Shown: positions 19,463-30,863, numbered from the stretch's first letter. The stretch is 64,000 bases of DNA from an uncultured delta proteobacterium (GCA_963708295.1 CAVPSJ010000013.1:32001-96000), one strand, 5' to 3'. Numbers and translations are program-made. Notes: a model not told the origin generated them from the sequence alone.

Positions 19463-20605
19463 ATGACGATGGTTCCTTTCTTAGACCTAACCAGGCAGTA
19501 TAAAAAGATCAAAGGCGAAATCCTTTCGGCGACCCAAAGGGTCTATGAAAAAGGCCACTTCATTCTCGGAGAGGAAGTTTCTGGTTTTGAGGAGGAATTT
19601 TCCGATTATTGTGGGGTTCGGTATGGGGTCGGAGTGGGTTCCGGGACCGATGCCCTTTATCTGGCCTTGAAAGCAGCCGGCATCGGAGAGGGAGATGAGG
19701 TTGTCACGGTGGCGAATTCTTTCGTGGCCACGGCCCTCGCCATCTCCTTTACGGGGGCAAAACCCCTTTTCGTCGAAATCGATCCAAAAACTTACAACAT
19801 GGACCCCGATCACCTGGAACTTCTCTTAAAACGTGAAAGGGCAAAAGGCAGCAGTCGAAAAATTAGGGCCATTCTTCCTGTTCACCTGTATGGCCACCCG
19901 GCGGAGATGGATTCGATCATGGAAATTGCAAACCGTTTTGATCTGGCGGTGATCGAAGATGCCTGCCAGGCCCACGGGGCAGAATACGGAAATAAGAAAG
20001 TCGGTTCCTTTGGGATCATGGGATGTTTCAGTTTCTATCCGACAAAGAATTTGGGAGGATACGGGGATGGTGGGATGGTGGTGACGGATCACAAGAAATA
20101 TGACCAGAACCTGAGACTTCTTCGATGTTATGGAGAGAGAAAAAAATATCAACATATCCTGAAGGGGCATAACAGCCGGTTGGATGAGATCCAGGCGGCA
20201 CTCCTTCGGGTCAAATTGAAATATTTGGATCAATGGAATGAGGAGAGGAGAAGGAAGGCCAGCATTTATACTGAGAGGCTGTCTCCTTTAGGGGTGGTCT
20301 GTTCTTCGGAAAAGGCCGGAGTTCGGCATGTCTATCACCTCTACGCGATCAAGGCAGAAAAGAGGGACCTTCTCCAAGCGTTTTTGAAGAAGAAGGGGAT
20401 CGAAACGCTCATTCATTATCCCATCCCGATACCTTTTCAGAAGGCTTATCAGGAATTGGAGTATGGGATAAAGGACCTTCCGTTAACAAGCCAGTGGTCT
20501 CGAAAGACTCTCTCCCTCCCTTTTTTCCCAGAGATAAAGAAACATGAGATGGAAGAAGTGATCGAAGGGATTCGTTCCTTTATGAAGAACAAATGTGACG
20601 AATGA
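19463..20605 (+). CDS. DegT/DnrJ/EryC1/StrS PLP aminotransferase
   Basis: GSGTDAL, PVHLYGH, IEDACQAHGA, SFYPTKNLG, NSRLDEIQAA. Confidence 0.93.
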   Translation: MTMVPFLDLTRQYKKIKGEILSATQRVYEKGHFILGEEVSGFEEEFSDYCGVRYGVGVGSGTDALYLALKAAGIGEGDEVVTVANSFVATALAISFTGAKPLFVEIDPKTYNMDPDHLELLLKRERAKGSSRKIRAILPVHLYGHPAEMDSIMEIANRFDLAVIEDACQAHGAEYGNKKVGSFGIMGCFSFYPTKNLGGYGDGGMVVTDHKKYDQNLRLLRCYGERKKYQHILKGHNSRLDEIQAALLRVKLKYLDQWNEERRRKASIYTERLSPLGVVCSSEKAGVRHVYHLYAIKAEKRDLLQAFLKKKGIETLIHYPIPIPFQKAYQELEYGIKDLPLTSQWSRKTLSLPFFPEIKKHEMEEVIEGIRSFMKNKCDE

Positions 20606-21008
20606 CAGCAAATGGCACGAATATGAGAACGAATGACACGAATATTGTATACCCGGATTTATCTTATCAAATCATGGGGGCAATCTTTGAAGTCCACAAG
20701 AAACTAGGGCCTGGATTTCTTGAATCCGTTTATCAAAAAGCGTTAATCGAAGAACTTTCAGAAAGAGGAATGAACGTTGAAACCGAAAAGGTTGTTGATT
20801 TAACATGCAAGGAAAAGAGGATTGGAATTCATCGTCTTGATTTGGTCGTCGGAAATAAAGTTGTTGTAGAGTTAAAGACAGTAGAAGGTTTCTCTATTCA
20901 TCATAAGGCACAACTAACATCTACTTAAAGGCAAGTGGCTACAAGCTTGGGATTCTGGTCAATTTCTCAAAAGCAAAGGTTGAATATAGGCGTGTTCTTA
21001 TTCGCTAA
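20602..21008 (+). CDS. GxxExxY family protein (PD-(D/E)XK-like), frameshift ~20920
   Basis: EVHKKLGPGFLESVYQKAL, RLDLVV, VELK, AQL; shifted tail YLKASGYKLGILVNF. Confidence 0.9.
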
Positions 21009-21076
21009 ATTTGGTGCCATTCGAATAATCAGGTAGTAATATTCGTTAGATTCGCCATCATTCGCGTAATTGGGTT

Positions 21077-22237
21077 ATGAGAAAAATAAGGGTAGCATTA
21101 GGTCTTCGCGACTTCTCTAAAAAAAAAGGAGGAGCCGAAAGTTATTTAGTTGACTTGTGCACCCGAATGACCGCGGAGGGTCATGAGGTCCACATCTATA
21201 CGGAGCATCACGACGAAGGAGGTCCCGGTTTCCATTTCCATCCGGTCAAAACGATCCCGTTCCCAAGAAGCATGCAACTTTTCTCTTTCGCGACCAGAGC
21301 GACGAGAGAGATGGAAAATGGAAATTACGACATCATCTTCGGGGTGGGAAATACGCTCAAGGCGGATATTCTTCAACCTCACGGGGGGGTGCATTGGGCG
21401 TGGTTTTGGCGGAGCCTGAGGGCTTATGAGAATCCCATTCTGTGGATGATAAAATTATTAGGAAGGGTCTTGAGCCCGAAGCAATGGGTGAGCGGTTGGG
21501 TTGAGGGCGCGCCTTATCAAGCGAAGCGCCTCCGAGCGATCATTGCCATCTCTGAGATGGTGAAGCAGGATATGATGCGCTGGTATCGGATCCCTGAGGA
21601 ACGAATCCATGTCGTCCATAATGGGGTTGACATTGAGCGGTTTCACCCTCGGAATCGCCGATTTCGGGAGGAGATCAGGAGAAAGCATGGTATTGGAGAT
21701 GAATTCGTTGTACTCTTCGTTTCAAATAACTTTCGGATGAAAGGGCTGGCTTTCTTGATCAAGGCATTGGCTGAAATGAAGAAAGAGAATTCTCCCCCTT
21801 TGAGACTCCTCGTTCTTGGGAGGGATCGTCAAGAATCTTATTTAGGCTTGGCCAAGGATATGGGGATTTTCGAAGAAGTGATCTTCGCGGGGTCTACGCA
21901 AGAACCCGAAAGATATTATGGGGCATCGGACCTTCTCGTTCACCCGGCGTTTTACGATGCCTATTCCCTAACGGTGTTAGAGGCCCTGGCCAGTGGCCTT
22001 CCGGTCGTTACCACGGCTTCAACTGGCGCAAGTGAGGTTCTTTGCCATGGAGAAGAGGGTTGGGTGGTGGGTGATCTAAAGGATGGGGAGGAACTCAAAA
22101 GAGGGATTGTGTATTTTTTTGACGAGAAGAGGAGACGTCAGGCATCCTCCCAGGCGAGAGAGAAAGCAGAGATCTATTCAGAAAAGGCAAATTTTGATCG
22201 TGTGATTGCAATCTTCAATGAGGCGCTTCAACGGTGA
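21077..22237 (+). CDS. GT4 glycosyltransferase (WaaG-like)
   Basis: KGGAESY, HNGVDIERF, NFRMKGL, YDAYSLTVLEALASGLPVV. Confidence 0.88.
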   Translation: MRKIRVALGLRDFSKKKGGAESYLVDLCTRMTAEGHEVHIYTEHHDEGGPGFHFHPVKTIPFPRSMQLFSFATRATREMENGNYDIIFGVGNTLKADILQPHGGVHWAWFWRSLRAYENPILWMIKLLGRVLSPKQWVSGWVEGAPYQAKRLRAIIAISEMVKQDMMRWYRIPEERIHVVHNGVDIERFHPRNRRFREEIRRKHGIGDEFVVLFVSNNFRMKGLAFLIKALAEMKKENSPPLRLLVLGRDRQESYLGLAKDMGIFEEVIFAGSTQEPERYYGASDLLVHPAFYDAYSLTVLEALASGLPVVTTASTGASEVLCHGEEGWVVGDLKDGEELKRGIVYFFDEKRRRQASSQAREKAEIYSEKANFDRVIAIFNEALQR

Positions 22238-22470
22238 CCATGGGAGGGATACTGGCTCGAGGAGAGACTTATGACTGGAGCGTCGACGCCCGTGCGCTGG
22301 GGTGAGGATTGGCCCGATGAGAAGGTTAAGGAGAATGTCCATTTGATCTGCAATGATTCCATTCATGTATTGATAGAAAAAGTTGGGTGACCTCTTTCAC
22401 TGACTCACGCGGCGGGAAGAGATCATCTCCATCGGGCATTTTAATGGATTGGGAAGGATATCAAAATAGG

Positions 22471-23424
22471 GTGGATTTATCCATCATCATCGTCAATTGG
22501 AATACGAAAGAATTTCTGCTTCCCTGTGTGAAATCGGTTTTAGAAATCGGACAGGGGATTTCCAGTGAGTTGATTGTCGTCGATAACGGTTCCTGGGATG
22601 GAAGTAGAGATGAAGTGAAGAAAACATTTCCTTTCATCCACCTCGTCGAAAATGAGAAAAACCTGGGGTTTGCAAAGGCGGTCGATCAAGGGCTTCAAAA
22701 GGCATCCGGGAAATATGTCCTTCTTCTGAATCCGGACACTCGGGTGAAGCATGGAGCGATCGTGCAACTTCTTTCATTCATGGACTCCCACTTAGAGGCG
22801 GGGGTGGCGGGGGCACAACTTTTGAATTCAGATGGAACGAAGCAGAACTCCATCGCCAATTTTCCCTCCCTGGCCACGGAGCTTCTCAACAAGAGGGTAT
22901 TAAGATGGCTGTTTCCAAAACGGTTTCCGGGGAAGGAGAAATATTATTCTGAACCGATTGAGGTAGATTCGGTGATCGGTGCCTGTATGATGGTGAGGCG
23001 GGAGGCTTTGGATCAGGTGGGCTTCTTAGATGAGGATTACTTTCTTTTTCTCGAGGAGACGGATTGGTGTTATCGAATGAAGAAGGCAGAGTGGAAGATT
23101 TACCATATTCCTCAAGTCAAGGTTTATCACTTTCAAGGGAAAAGCGCTGAGGCGGAAAGAAAAAGAGCCAAGGTTGAGTATTATCGCTCACGCTACCATT
23201 TTTTTAAAAAGAACAAGGGGAATTTACAATGGGTCATCCTCCTCATTGGATTGCTGATAAGATTGGGATTCGAATTACTCTCTATGGCGGTGGCTTCTTC
23301 GGTTACCTTCTTTGCCATCAAGGGCTGGAGGAAAAAACTTGCAATTTATACCTACCTCTTTTGGTGGCATCTGAAATTATGTCCGGAGGACATGGGCCTG
23401 AGGAAACAAACCAATGTCCAGTGA
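22471..23424 (+). CDS. GT2 glycosyltransferase (rhamnosyltransferase-like)
   Basis: DLSIIIVNWNT, VVDNGS, LLNPDT, DEDYFLFLEETDWC. Confidence 0.9.
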   Translation: MDLSIIIVNWNTKEFLLPCVKSVLEIGQGISSELIVVDNGSWDGSRDEVKKTFPFIHLVENEKNLGFAKAVDQGLQKASGKYVLLLNPDTRVKHGAIVQLLSFMDSHLEAGVAGAQLLNSDGTKQNSIANFPSLATELLNKRVLRWLFPKRFPGKEKYYSEPIEVDSVIGACMMVRREALDQVGFLDEDYFLFLEETDWCYRMKKAEWKIYHIPQVKVYHFQGKSAEAERKRAKVEYYRSRYHFFKKNKGNLQWVILLIGLLIRLGFELLSMAVASSVTFFAIKGWRKKLAIYTYLFWWHLKLCPEDMGLRKQTNVQ

Positions 23425-23508
23425 TAGAGCTCAAATTTCAAAAGGGAATTGCAGGGTTTTAACGGTCACGGGAAACGGTAACGAAACACGATTTAAAGGG
23501 GAGGTTCT

Positions 23509-24520
23509 ATGATTACGATTGCCGTCGTGGGAGCTGGGGCATGGGGGAAGAATCACATCAGGGTATTCTCCGAGACTTCCCAATGTCCGATTGAAATATG
23601 TCTGTGATCAGGATCCTTCCAAGTTGCGCTCAATACAGAAGACCTACCCCCAAACGAGAATGACTGAGGATTTGAAACCTATACTGCAAGACCCGGAGGT
23701 GAAAGGGGTCGTCGTGGCCTCTTCCGCGATCTCTCATTACTCCTTGTCAAAAGAAATCATGCTGGCGGATAAGGATGTGTTGGTAGAGAAGCCAATGTCC
23801 TTAAGCACCCGAGATGCCGAGGAGATGTTAAAGATAGCGGAGATGAGTAAAAGAATCCTCATGGTGGGTCATCTTCTGATCTATCATCCTGTCGTGGACC
23901 GGCTGAAGGAAATGGTTACTTCCGGAGAATTGGGGAAGCTCTACTATATTTATACTCAACGGGTTAACCTCGGGGTCATCCGTCAGGATGAAAATGCTCT
24001 GCTTTCATTTGCTCCCCACGATCTCTCCGTCATCCTATACCTCCTTGAAGAAGAACCGGTTGCGGTGACGGCTCATGGAGAAGGTTACATTCAAGAAGGG
24101 ATTGAAGATATCGCGTTTCTCAGTCTTCGATTCTCTGATGGAAAGATGGCCAATATCCATCTCAGTTGGCTGGATCCGCATAAGTTGAGAAGGATTACAA
24201 TTGTGGGATCAAAGAAGATGGTGGTTTTTGATGACATGGAAGCCTCTGAGAAATTGAAGGTTTATGATAAAGGCGTAAAGAATCTTTCCTATGATACGTA
24301 TGGAGAATATCTCAGCCTAAGGTTTGGAGACATTACGATCCCGAGCATTAAGATGTCTGAGCCGCTCCGGGCGGAAGCGGAACATTTTATTCGAAGCGTC
24401 GAGTCGAGAAAAGAACCTAAAACGAGCGGCCGGGATGGACTCAAAGTGGTAAAGATTCTGATGGCGGCTCAGGAGTCTTTAAAGAAAAAAGGGTTTCCAG
24501 TTGACCTCGAAGGAGAATAA
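23509..24520 (+). CDS. Gfo/Idh/MocA oxidoreductase (WbpB/WlbA-like), frameshift ~23570
   Basis: [18 protein letters not shown] then [29 protein letters not shown]. Confidence 0.88.
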
Positions 24521-24524
24521 AGAG

Positions 24525-25097
24525 ATGGGAAGAGAATACTTTATCCACGCCACGGCTGTTGTGGATGAGCCCGTGGAGATTGGGGAAGGGACGAAGATCT
24601 GGCATTTCACCCACATCATGTCAGGTGCCAGGATTGGGGAGAATTGCATCATCGGCCAAAATGTTTTTATCGGGTCCGGAGCTGTTTTAGGGAATAGTAT
24701 CAAAGTTCAAAACAATGTTTCTATCTTTGACGGAGTGATCTTAGAAGATGGTGTCTTCTGTGGGCCCTCCATGGTCTTTACCAACGTTTTTAACCCAAGG
24801 AGTTTCATATCGAGAAAGAAAGAGTTTCGGAAGACCTTGGTGAGAAAAGGAGCCACCATTGGCGCCAACGTGACGATCGTGTGCGGGAATACCATTGGTC
24901 AATATGCCTTCATCGGAGCCGGTTCTGTAGTGACCAAGGATATCCCGGATTATGCCTTGGTTTACGGTAATCCAGGAAAACTGAAGGGATGGGTGTGTCA
25001 ATGTGCTGAAGAGATCCGTTTTCGATCCGGGAGAGCCGTCTGTAAGGCCTGCGGGAAAAAATATAGAAAAGATTCCTCAGGGGTTCAGCCAACCTGA
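24525..25097 (+). CDS. Hexapeptide N-acetyltransferase (WbpD/WlbB-like)
   Basis: [43 protein letters not shown]. Confidence 0.9.
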   Translation: MGREYFIHATAVVDEPVEIGEGTKIWHFTHIMSGARIGENCIIGQNVFIGSGAVLGNSIKVQNNVSIFDGVILEDGVFCGPSMVFTNVFNPRSFISRKKEFRKTLVRKGATIGANVTIVCGNTIGQYAFIGAGSVVTKDIPDYALVYGNPGKLKGWVCQCAEEIRFRSGRAVCKACGKKYRKDSSGVQPT

Positions 25098-25169
25098 AAA
25101 GGGAAAAGGGGACAGGCTACTTTATGGATGCCAAGAATTTCAAGGGGTTTCGTTGACAGAGGCAAAGGA

Positions 25170-26342
25170 ATGAAGATTGTGACGGTTGTGGGCGCAAGGC
25201 CCCAATTCATAAAGGCTGCAGCGGTCAGTCGAGCCATTCGAGGATTGAATAGAAGAAGGAATCGAATTCAGGAAGTTTTGGTTCATACGGGACAACATTA
25301 CGACTACTTGATGGATAAAGTCTTTTTTGAAGAGCTCGATCTTCCAAAGCCGGATTACCATCTCGGCGTGGGTTCTGGTTCTCATGGCGGACAGACTGGA
25401 ATAATGCTTGAGAGAATTGAGGCTGTTTTAAAAAAGGAAAAACCGAAATGGGTTCTCCTTTATGGGGATACCAATTCAACCCTCGCCGGAGCTTTGGCCG
25501 CCGCCAAACTGAATATTCCGATTGCCCATGTAGAAGCGGGATTGAGGAGTTATAACCGCAGAATGCCCGAAGAGATCAACCGCCTTCTGACAGATCATCT
25601 TTCGACCCTTCTTTTTTGTCCAACGAATCAAGCGATTAAAAACTTGGCAAGAGAGGGCATAAGGGATAGTCCCAGAAAAGCCGTTAGAAAAGTCGGCGAT
25701 GTCATGTACGATTCGATCCTCTATTATTCTAAAATAGCTGAAAAGAAATCAACTATTCTGAGAGATCTGAATCTTTTATCCACTAAAACTCCGAACTCCG
25801 TACGGGCGATTCATAAATCGTCCGTACACCGAACGCGGGATTATTATCTTGCCACTCTCCATCGCGCTGAAAATACGGATGATCCCAAAAGGCTCAGGTC
25901 TATTTTAAAGGCTTTGAATGAAATCGGGAGAAAGGTTTCTGTCATCCTTCCGCTTCATCCGAGGACGAAGAAGATCATGAAAGCTTATCATCTCTTTCCG
26001 AAGAGCCGATGGATCAAATGGATTGAGCCGGTATCCTATCTCGACATGCTTTATTTGGAGAAGCATGCGAAAGCCATCCTGACCGATTCGGGCGGAGTCC
26101 AGAAGGAGGCTTACTGGTTCAGGATTCCCTGTTTTACCTTAAGGGATGAAACGGAATGGGTCGAAACAGTCAAAAGCGGATGGAACGTACTGGTGGGGAC
26201 CGAGCTAAAAAGGATTGTAAAAGAAGTAGGTCAATGGGGAAAGCGAGGGAGAGTTTTAAAAGGGAATGGGGCATTTGGCGATGGGAGAGCCAGTCAGAAA
26301 ATTCTTCAACTATTAACAAGACGTTTGGTTGATCTGGGTTGA
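25170..26342 (+). CDS. wecB: Non-hydrolysing UDP-GlcNAc-type 2-epimerase (WecB/WbpI-like)
   Basis: VGARPQFIK, HTGQHYD, GDTNST, HVEAGLRS, MPEEINR, TDSGGVQKEA, RDETEW. Confidence 0.92.
   Translation: MKIVTVVGARPQFIKAAAVSRAIRGLNRRRNRIQEVLVHTGQHYDYLMDKVFFEELDLPKPDYHLGVGSGSHGGQTGIMLERIEAVLKKEKPKWVLLYGDTNSTLAGALAAAKLNIPIAHVEAGLRSYNRRMPEEINRLLTDHLSTLLFCPTNQAIKNLAREGIRDSPRKAVRKVGDVMYDSILYYSKIAEKKSTILRDLNLLSTKTPNSVRAIHKSSVHRTRDYYLATLHRAENTDDPKRLRSILKALNEIGRKVSVILPLHPRTKKIMKAYHLFPKSRWIKWIEPVSYLDMLYLEKHAKAILTDSGGVQKEAYWFRIPCFTLRDETEWVETVKSGWNVLVGTELKRIVKEVGQWGKRGRVLKGNGAFGDGRASQKILQLLTRRLVDLG
25800..25827. repeat. REP-like palindrome inside wecB
   Basis: GTACGGGCGATT-CATA-AATCGTCCGTAC, preceded by ACTCCGA ACTCC. 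Confidence 0.7.
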
Positions 26343-26381
26343 TGTGAAAAATGGGAAAGAGGAAAATAAATCTATAAATCA

Positions 26382-27910
26382 ATGATCAGTAAGTTCATCG
26401 ACACCCTAAAAAGCCTTAATGAAAAACAGATCCTTCTGCTTCTCATCGGAGTGGCCTTTGCATTGAGGCTCTATGCTGTGCTGATGGCCCAGGGGATTGC
26501 CAATGATAGTGCCGTCTACGGTTTCATAGCAAGGGATTTTTTGAAGGGCGATTTTATAAAAGGGTTATCTTCGCCTGCTCCTCCTTTTTACCCTTTCTTG
26601 ATTTTCTTGTTTTCTCCGGATACCACACACGTTGAAATGGCGGGGAGATTGATCTCCCTCTTCTTCGGGACCCTTACCCTCGTTCCACTATTCTATTTAG
26701 TCAAGGAAGCCATCGGTCAAAAAGAAGCAATTCTTTCAGGGCTTCTCTATGTTTTCCATCCCTATCTCGTTACTTATTCAGGAATGTTGCTCACCGAAGC
26801 CACGTATTGGGGGTTGTTGGTTTCATCGGTCTATTTTTTCTGGACGGGGTTGAAAGAAGAGAAAGTTTGGAAGATGTCTTTTTCAGGGATTCTTCTTGAG
26901 CTGTCCTATCTCACAAGACCGGAGGGGATTGGTTACGTTTTGATTTATCTGGGTTGGGTGGTCCTGGAGGGGGTTCTTAGAAAGAAATGGTTTAAGAAAT
27001 TGATTCTCCTCGGGGTCCTCATCCTGAGCCTTTTCATTTTTGTTATTCCTTACGTCATTTATATCCATCAAGAAACCGGCCAATGGTTGATCAGTAAAAA
27101 GGCGTTGGAGGCACAGGCTCAATTTTTGAAAAAAGGGGAAGAGAAGGTCGATTTTTCAAAAGCCCTTGAACAAGATAAGCCCACTGGAAAGAATTCTAAA
27201 ATTCTAACGATCGTCCGAAACATCGTTCAATTTTTCCCCTTTGTCCTCTACCGCTATTTGAGGGCTTACCACTTCTCGCTGTGGCTATTGCTGTTTTTTG
27301 GATTAATCCGGGTGAGGCAAAAGGTCATCGGCTATGAAGTGTTCGTCGCTTCTCTGGTTCTCTTCCATCTATTGTCGTTGTCCACTTTTGTTCCGTCCGC
27401 AATCCGCTTTTCAATTCCAGTGGTTCCCCTTTCTCTTTTTTGGGCGGGGGCCGGTATTTTGGAGATCAAAAGATATTTGGAAAAAGTAGAAATATCCAAT
27501 CCAGAGAAAGCAGCTTTCTTCTTGATCCTCGTTATCATTTTGATCCAGCTGCCACAGGAGTTTGAAACCAGAGAGGAGCGCATCGCGCAGATCAGAAAAA
27601 GGTTGGCCAGTGGTTGCAGCAGAATACCCCTCCGGATGCAATCATCATGAGTAATAGCCCTCAGGAAGCATTCTATGCCGATCGGGAATTCATCATGTTA
27701 CGGCCAGAAATTTCTCGTCGGGGGATTCCGGGCAGTTCTTATAAGGAGATTGTCCATTATGCCAAAACAAGAGGCATTCGATATATTCTCGTCGATAAGA
27801 ATACGCATGAAACAAACCCAGATTTTTTTGAGTCCATTGAATCAAAGGATTTAAAAGAGATTTTTAGAAAAGCGGATCAAGGATTGATCATCTATGAGGT
27901 AGTCTATTGA
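26382..27910 (+). CDS. GT-C fold membrane glycosyltransferase (ArnT/PMT-like), frameshift ~27565
   Basis: Many TMs, DSAVY, PPFYP, LLTE, YLTRPEG; shifted tail WLQQNTPPDAIIMS..FYADRE. Confidence 0.8.
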
Positions 27911-28122
27911 AATTCTCGAGAGTTGAAGGTGAGTTCTAATTCGTACAGACTTGATGTTTGCCGGCAGCAGCCTCTTCAGCCTGTTCAATCTCATCTTCCA
28001 TGTATTTGTCGTGCCGTCTTTATGCGAATGGGGGGAAGAACAGTTTGTTTGGGATGGATTAAGGAATATTCGGACATGGAAAATCGTTTGTCCATAATAG
28101 AGTAGGGAGACCGACTGATAAA

Positions 28123-29185
28123 ATGAATCATTGGAAAGTTCGAGATGGAAGTGAAAAGGATATGGAGGAGATTTTATCCCTTCGAAAATTGGTGTTTGGA
28201 GAAGAAGAAAAAGACAAACTTAGACCCTCGATTCTGGCAGTGGGAGTTTATGAAGGGGCCGGATGGAAGAGGGTTGGTCTATATCGTGGACCATGAGAAT
28301 AAAATCGTTGGTCACTTTGCGGATCTTCCAAGGCACTTTTCTGTCGATAAGGAAGTGGCTCTCGGAACTGTTTCAATCGACTTGATGGTTCATCCAGATT
28401 ACCGGAGAAGGGGCATCTTTGCAGCCATGGGGAGATATGGAGCTCAACGAGTTCAACAGGAGAAAGGACTTTTCATGACGTCCTTCCCCATTCGTTCAGA
28501 AACCATTCTCGGATTCAAAAAAATTGGCTGGAAAGAGGTGGCAAAACTTCCGGTCTTGGCCTACCCCATAAGGTTTAGAGGCATTTTGAACCGTTACCTT
28601 CATTTTTTACCTCTGAGTCTTCTCATGGGAGGTTTCATAAGGGTCTTCTATTTTCTTCTCTATGGTTTAAGGTGGGGGCGAAAAGGGGAGAGGAGTCGCA
28701 ATCGAAAAGGTTGATTCTTTTGATGAGCTATTTGATCGTTTCTGGCAAAAGGCATTATCCCTTCATCCCCTGATCGGGAGCCGTAATCGGCAATATTTAA
28801 CCTGGCGCTATCTTCAACACCCCACGCGTCACTATACCATTTATCGAGCCCGAAGAAGTGGAGAAATGATGGGGTATATTGTCTTAAGAAAGGTAGAGCT
28901 TCTTAACTTCAACAGTGCTGTGATCGTGGATTTATTGGCACTCGACGAGGAATCCATTTCAGCGTTAGTGAAAAGAGGGATTCAGCACAGCCGGCAAGAG
29001 GGGGCTGACCTTTTGGGCTTTATGGTCTCCCAAGGGCCATTCTTATTATAAGAGGCTGAGGAAGATGGGATTTCTTCCGAGTTTTAAGACATTTTTATTT
29101 ATGGTCTATCCCCATTCTGAAAGGAGAAGGTATCCTTTCTTCGGAGAAATGGTATGTAAATTGGGGGGACACGGACGTCATCTGA
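28123..29185 (+). CDS. GNAT family N-acyltransferase, double domain, several frameshifts
   Basis: FWQWEF, DLMVHPDYRRRGIF, YLTWRY, GYIVLR, IVDLLA, terminal WGDTD. Confidence 0.75.
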
Positions 29186-29254
29186 GGATTGGCCTATCCC
29201 GATCGTGGGTGTGTGATGGGGAACATGGATAAATGGATAAAGGGATCAAACAAA

Positions 29255-29989
29255 ATGAAGGATGCCGACAAATTAAGGATAAGAAATCAAAGATTTTTTG
29301 ACAACGCGTCCTTGGAGTACCATGATTTCATCGAAAAGAGCAAAGGTCAGAATCGGATCAATAATAAGGATGATAGCAAGAATATTATCGAGGCTCGAAT
29401 AGGCGAGAGAGTGTTGGACGTAGGGAACGGCGGCGTGAGAGGATTGTATCCGCCACAAACTTCCTTTTATGTTGGTGTTGATTTCAGTTTACAAATGTTG
29501 AGGGGAGGAAAGAACGGAACTTACGATAAGGTTTGCGGGGAGGCATTGAACCTCCCGTTCAAGGAGAAAAGCTTTAATACCATTCTATATTCCTACTTGT
29601 TGCACCATTTGGCCAAAGAAAGTATTGGGACAACCCTTGAATCCGTGAAGAAGGCCTTAAGAGGAGGCGGGAACTGTCTGAAGACGGGGGGCAACGTCAT
29701 TATTACCGAGACCTGCCTGCCCTCTTTTCTCGAAAAGGTGGAGAGAGCTTTCTTTTCCATTCTTAGAATCCTCTTGTTTTTTACGAGGCAATCAGAGGTC
29801 TTTCTCTTCTCCGCTGAGACGCTCACTCGAATTCTAACGGAATGCGGCTACAGAGAAATTACGGTTTGGAAAGTCTATCGAGGAGAAAGTCCATGGAAGT
29901 GGGTTCGTATTTCCATTGGTTTTCCCAGGCTCAAGATTCCGAGGTGGATGAATCCTTCGAGAATCATCATCTTCGAGGCAAAGCACTGA
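29255..29989 (+). CDS. Class I SAM-dependent methyltransferase (start uncertain)
   Basis: VLDVGNGG, GVDFS, GEALNLPF, LLHH, LKTGG. Confidence 0.8.
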   Translation: MKDADKLRIRNQRFFDNASLEYHDFIEKSKGQNRINNKDDSKNIIEARIGERVLDVGNGGVRGLYPPQTSFYVGVDFSLQMLRGGKNGTYDKVCGEALNLPFKEKSFNTILYSYLLHHLAKESIGTTLESVKKALRGGGNCLKTGGNVIITETCLPSFLEKVERAFFSILRILLFFTRQSEVFLFSAETLTRILTECGYREITVWKVYRGESPWKWVRISIGFPRLKIPRWMNPSRIIIFEAKH

Positions 29990-30010
29990 AGCGGTCAGGG
30001 AGGAACATGA

Positions 30011-30863
30011 ATGGTGGTCGATCAATGCCTTGTCGATTGATTTAGAGGAATGGTATCACTCCGAACTGGTGGAGGGAAGAAGATCTCCTTTCTCTCAGGC
30101 CGAAGAGGCGACGAAACCCATTCTTGACCTGTTGGATCGGTATCAAACGAAGGCCTCGTTCTTTGTCGTCGGGGAGGTAGCGGAGCAGAATCCCGATCTC
30201 ATCCGATCCATCTTCCGGAAAGGACATGAAATCGGGTGTCATACATTTTCTCACAAACTTGTATGGAATTTGGATGAGAGCCTCTTCCGGCAGGAGCTGG
30301 AACGTTTTCATTCCGTCATGGAAAGAATTCTGGGAAAGGTTAAGATCAAAGGGTTTCGTGCCCCTTGTTTTTCTATTGATAACCGTAACAAATGGGCCCT
30401 CAAGGTTCTTTTGGATTTTGGGTACCAATATGATGCGAGCATCTTTCCTTTGAAAATAAACCCTCTTTACGGAATAAGTGGAGCGCCCACTCGACCTTAC
30501 CGTATCTCTTTTGAAGATGTAAGAAAGGAGGATCCCCAAAGTCCCCTCATGGAGTTTCCTTTGTGCCCATTGAAGATCGGAAGACTGAAGATTCCCATCT
30601 CGGGAGGATTCTACCTGAGGGTTTTGCCACGGTTATTCCTTCACTGGGGATTGAGGAGAATCAATCGATCACAACCTTTCCTGGTCTATTTTCATCCCTG
30701 GGAAGGTTACGAAAAGACGCCCAGATTTAAACTCCCTCTTTTCAATCGCGTGATTTCATACTACGGCATCTCTTCCGCATTGAAAAAATTCGAATTTCTT
30801 TTAAAACATTTCAAATTTGCCAGAGTGGATCAAGTGCTCGGCCTGAGGATAGAGCGAAGATGA
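30011..30863 (+). CDS. Polysaccharide deacetylase (CE4, DUF3473-type C-terminus)
   Basis: NALSIDLEEWY, KASFFVVG, GHEIGCH, GFRAP, YDASIFP, GGFYLR, YFHPWE. Confidence 0.9.

Noticed and set aside
19357-21066. Short repeat arrays as a CRISPR array
   Set aside because: Units are 6-9 nt, degenerate, without unique spacers; no cas genes
22238-22470. Coding-like intergenic stretch after the GT4 gene
   Set aside because: No ORF or motif I can assign; possibly a relic but unsupported
25100-25125. AAAAGGGGACAGGCTACTTT resembles a transposase-associated repeat end
   Set aside because: Single copy in the window with no inverted partner; cannot be supported
27911-28122. Short ORFs on both strands between the GT-C and GNAT genes
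   Set aside because: No recognisable motif or RBS support
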